From an uncultured Desulfobacter sp. (GTDB lineage: Bacteria > Desulfobacterota > Desulfobacteria > Desulfobacterales > Desulfobacteraceae), in assembly GCA_963665095.1 (NCBI GenBank), contig OY762069.1, forward strand, positions 3,040,001 through 3,104,000: DNA of 64,000 nucleotides, given 5' to 3'. Every line of letters starts with the position of its first letter. Positions within the stretch are counted from its first letter, which is position 1. The position numbers were made by a program, and so were the translations under genes. Positions 61,320 to 64,000 of the stretch are shown piece by piece. The notes beneath the pieces are model-generated. The model had not been told where the DNA came from. It searched no databases and saw only the letters and a program-made list of their open reading frames with translations.

Positions 61320-62855
61320 TCACCCCTTGGAGAGTTTTTGTTTCTGCATATGGGTCTTTCTGACAGATTCTGAAATATTAAGGATCTCTTTTGCGATAAA
61401 TTTTTGGGGTTTATCATGAAATTCTTCAGAAACAAGGGTTGTATAATTCCACTTCAATGATTCAGCCGTTGGAAGGCTGTTTCGATGCTTTGATATAATG
61501 CGTTTTAAATCTTCATAAAAATTGGATTGGGTTTGAATATTTTCTTTGTTATTCATTTTCAATGTAATCTCATCCAAAATCTGAACCTCTTCATCACATC
61601 CTATCTCAATTCGCCGGTCTACATATTTTAAAAACTCCCTGATATTCCCCGGCCAGCGGTATTTTTGAAACAGCGGCAGATTTTTTTTGAAGTAGTCTTC
61701 AACTTCATGGCGTTGTGAAATTGGATACTGATTTCCTAACAGGTCTGTTTTTTTGTAATTGTGGTTGTATACAATTGACATCATATCCCCTGTCATGTTC
61801 CTTAACGCAGGAATTTCCAGGCGAACCCCTTCTATTCGATACAGCAAATCCTTTCTTACATTTTTTTCTAATAATTCCGGCTGCCCTGCAGCGATGATTC
61901 TTATATCTGATTTCATCTTGATGGGCTCATCAGCCCCTAAAGGAAGAATCAGACCATCTTCCAGAAATCTGAGAAGCATGGCCTGGCCCTTTGGGGGCAT
62001 CTCAGGCAGTTCATCAAGAAAAAGGGTTCCTCCCCCAAGGTTTTTAATTCTGCCGTCCCTTTGTTTTTCGGCGCCTGTAAATGCGCCCCGGGCATGACCA
62101 AAAAGTTCCGATACCAGTGCGGATTCTGTAAACAGGGAGCAGTTAATTGCCATAAATTTTTTTTCTCTTCTATGGCTTAAATCGTGGATGAAAAAGGCGG
62201 CCCCTTCTTTGCCAGACCCTGTTTCGCCGCTTATAAGGACATTCAGCGTTGTCGGGGCAACCTGATGTATCCTTTTTTTCAATTTTTTCATCTCCCGGGA
62301 AAACCCTTCAATCCCAGGCCGTCGGCTCTTAAAATATTCAGGCACCTGGATCGGTCTGCGTTCATCCACACAGATTTTTATGGCCTTTTTTAACTGCCCT
62401 GCATCAAAGACGACATCTGTCTGGGTGTTCTTTCCGAAAAAAGCCCTGGCGATACAGTATTGAATTTGAATCCTTTTTTTTTCATCACTGTTATGCCTGG
62501 GTAAAAGGTGAAAATTTATGTTCAACAAAGATGATTTTCCCATGGCCTGCTGGAATTTTTGAGACTTGTGTCCGTCATCTGTTAAAAACCACGAAATTTT
62601 AAGGCCGTGAAATTTATTCCGCAAATTCTCCAGCGCTGTTTTTAACTCTTTATATTCGACTTCGTTAATATGAGGAACGCATATATTTAATGAACTTAAC
62701 TTGTCCTGGCGGCTGCATTTTTGAAGGTGCTCCAAAAGCATGCTTCTTCCAGACGCAAGGACTTCGCTCTTTTCCTCAATCAAGGTGTTCGCCTGTTCTG
62801 TTTGGGCTATCATCTCAATGTATGACACATCAGGCCAGAGAAGACTTATTTTCAT
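61320..62855 (-). CDS. Sigma54-interacting activator with uncharacterised N-terminal domain
   Basis: GETGSGKE, ELFGHARGAFTGA, LFLDE, WPGNIRE; no receiver domain; AT-rich. Confidence 0.88.
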   Translation of the reverse strand: MKISLLWPDVSYIEMIAQTEQANTLIEEKSEVLASGRSMLLEHLQKCSRQDKLSSLNICVPHINEVEYKELKTALENLRNKFHGLKISWFLTDDGHKSQKFQQAMGKSSLLNINFHLLPRHNSDEKKRIQIQYCIARAFFGKNTQTDVVFDAGQLKKAIKICVDERRPIQVPEYFKSRRPGIEGFSREMKKLKKRIHQVAPTTLNVLISGETGSGKEGAAFFIHDLSHRREKKFMAINCSLFTESALVSELFGHARGAFTGAEKQRDGRIKNLGGGTLFLDELPEMPPKGQAMLLRFLEDGLILPLGADEPIKMKSDIRIIAAGQPELLEKNVRKDLLYRIEGVRLEIPALRNMTGDMMSIVYNHNYKKTDLLGNQYPISQRHEVEDYFKKNLPLFQKYRWPGNIREFLKYVDRRIEIGCDEEVQILDEITLKMNNKENIQTQSNFYEDLKRIISKHRNSLPTAESLKWNYTTLVSEEFHDKPQKFIAKEILNISESVRKTHMQKQKLSKG

Positions 62856-63003
62856 TTAGCTCTCAATTCATTTTCAATGATAAAATATTTTTATATTAGA
62901 TATAAATTATTTATACATCAAACTCTTTACTAAATTCAATCAAAAAACACGGCACCACAAATAAGCGCATTTAATTCAGCCTGTTAAACATCAAAATCAA
63001 ACC

Positions 63004-63019
63004 TGGCACTATTCTTGAT
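63004..63019 (+). promoter_or_regulatory. Sigma54-like promoter upstream of dnaB
   Basis: TGGCAC-TATTC-TTGAT (perfect -24, TTGA at -12), 50 bp before the dnaB ATG. Confidence 0.55.
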
Positions 63020-63068
63020 ATAAGTCTTTTCCAGTTTCCAACTAAACCAGAGCGACAGGAATAAGAAT

Positions 63069-64000
63069 ATGGCTAAATTGACCGAAAAAAATCCATTGTT
63101 TATCAAGACGCCTCCCCATGACACCGAAGCAGAAGCAGCCCTGCTTAGTGCCATCTTTATCAATAATGAGAATATTCTTGAAACCGCTGAAATACTTGGG
63201 GCTGATGACTTTTATAAAGGGGCGCACAAAAAAATTTTCAAAGCCATTATGGATCTTTTTGAAAAAGATGAACCCGCAGATCTTGTGACGGTGGCAAACC
63301 GCCTCAAAGAGATGGACGCACTGGACAGTTCAGGCGGGGCAGCATTTCTTGCGGCAATTTCAGATTCAGCGCCGGTGGCCGTCAATGCGGTTCATTATGC
63401 AGAAATTATTAAAGGGAAATCCATTTTAAGACAACTGATCAACACAACCTGCCAGATTATGGAAAAAAGTCTGAATGAATCCGGGAATTATAAAGAAGTC
63501 CTCGATTTTGCCCAGAGTTCCATTCTCAAAACGTGTGAAACCAAATCAAATCGTACATTTTCCAAGCTTGATAAACTGGTCGGCCTGAATATTGATACAC
63601 TGGAAGAGCAACAAGGCAAGGCCGGCAGCCTTATTGGCCTTACCACCGGATATCGTTTTATAAACAAGATCACATCCGGGTTACAAAAATCTGATTTAAT
63701 AATCATTGCAGCAAGGCCAAGCATGGGGAAAACAGCTTTTGCATTGAATATCGCAAGAAATGTTGCCCTTGAAGAAAACGTTCCTGTGGCAGTTTACTCC
63801 CTTGAGATGTCCAAAGAGCAGCTTTCCATGCGCCTGCTCACTTCCGAGGCTAGAATCAATTCATCCCGGCTCAGGACCGGTGTGATGTCACAGGACGAGT
63901 GGGTGAATATTTCTGATGCTGCCGGGGTTCTATGCGATCTGCCTATCTTTATAGACGATACCCCCAATATTTCCGCCATGGAAGTTAAATCAAAAACACG
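63069..64000 (+). CDS. dnaB: Replicative DNA helicase DnaB (3' end runs off the window)
   Basis: Hand translation: PPHDTEAEAALL..DFY..AH..IF...TSGLQKSDLIIIAARPSMGKTAFALN...SLEMSKEQL...IFIDDTP. Confidence 0.95.
   Translation, partial: MAKLTEKNPLFIKTPPHDTEAEAALLSAIFINNENILETAEILGADDFYKGAHKKIFKAIMDLFEKDEPADLVTVANRLKEMDALDSSGGAAFLAAISDSAPVAVNAVHYAEIIKGKSILRQLINTTCQIMEKSLNESGNYKEVLDFAQSSILKTCETKSNRTFSKLDKLVGLNIDTLEEQQGKAGSLIGLTTGYRFINKITSGLQKSDLIIIAARPSMGKTAFALNIARNVALEENVPVAVYSLEMSKEQLSMRLLTSEARINSSRLRTGVMSQDEWVNISDAAGVLCDLPIFIDDTPNISAMEVKSKT

Overview
A mostly housekeeping chromosomal segment from a sulfate-reducing Desulfobacteraceae-like bacterium. The taxon is inferred from the tetraheme cytochrome c3, ETF plus an HdrF/FadF-type oxidoreductase, and DivIVA/YggT next to pilT. 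The window holds type IV pilus genes (pilMNO, two PilT-family ATPases), a PilS/PilR-like sigma54 two-component pair, envelope genes, tatBC, etfAB, fba, flgM, mazG, cvpA, phoH-HD-ybeY-pdxJ, an rpsA paralog, uvrBC and thyA. The right end is accessory-looking, with an orphan Wadjet jetD plus a jetC relic and an AT-rich sigma54 activator divergent from a dnaB copy. The best candidate for a new system is a two-gene operon at 27304-30478. It pairs a Trm112-fused methyltransferase resembling the OvoA (ovothiol) C-terminal N-methyltransferase with a cytoplasmic Mo/W-pterin enzyme resembling metallopterin-dependent ergothioneine synthase (MES), ending in a Cys-containing tail. This suggests an O2-independent ovothiol-type (thio/seleno-histidine) pathway. 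Other leads are a candidate sigma54-driven sRNA behind pilR, a ~175 nt structured element, a three-copy TetR operator motif and two single-base frameshifts. All family calls come from reading the sequence; no searches were run.
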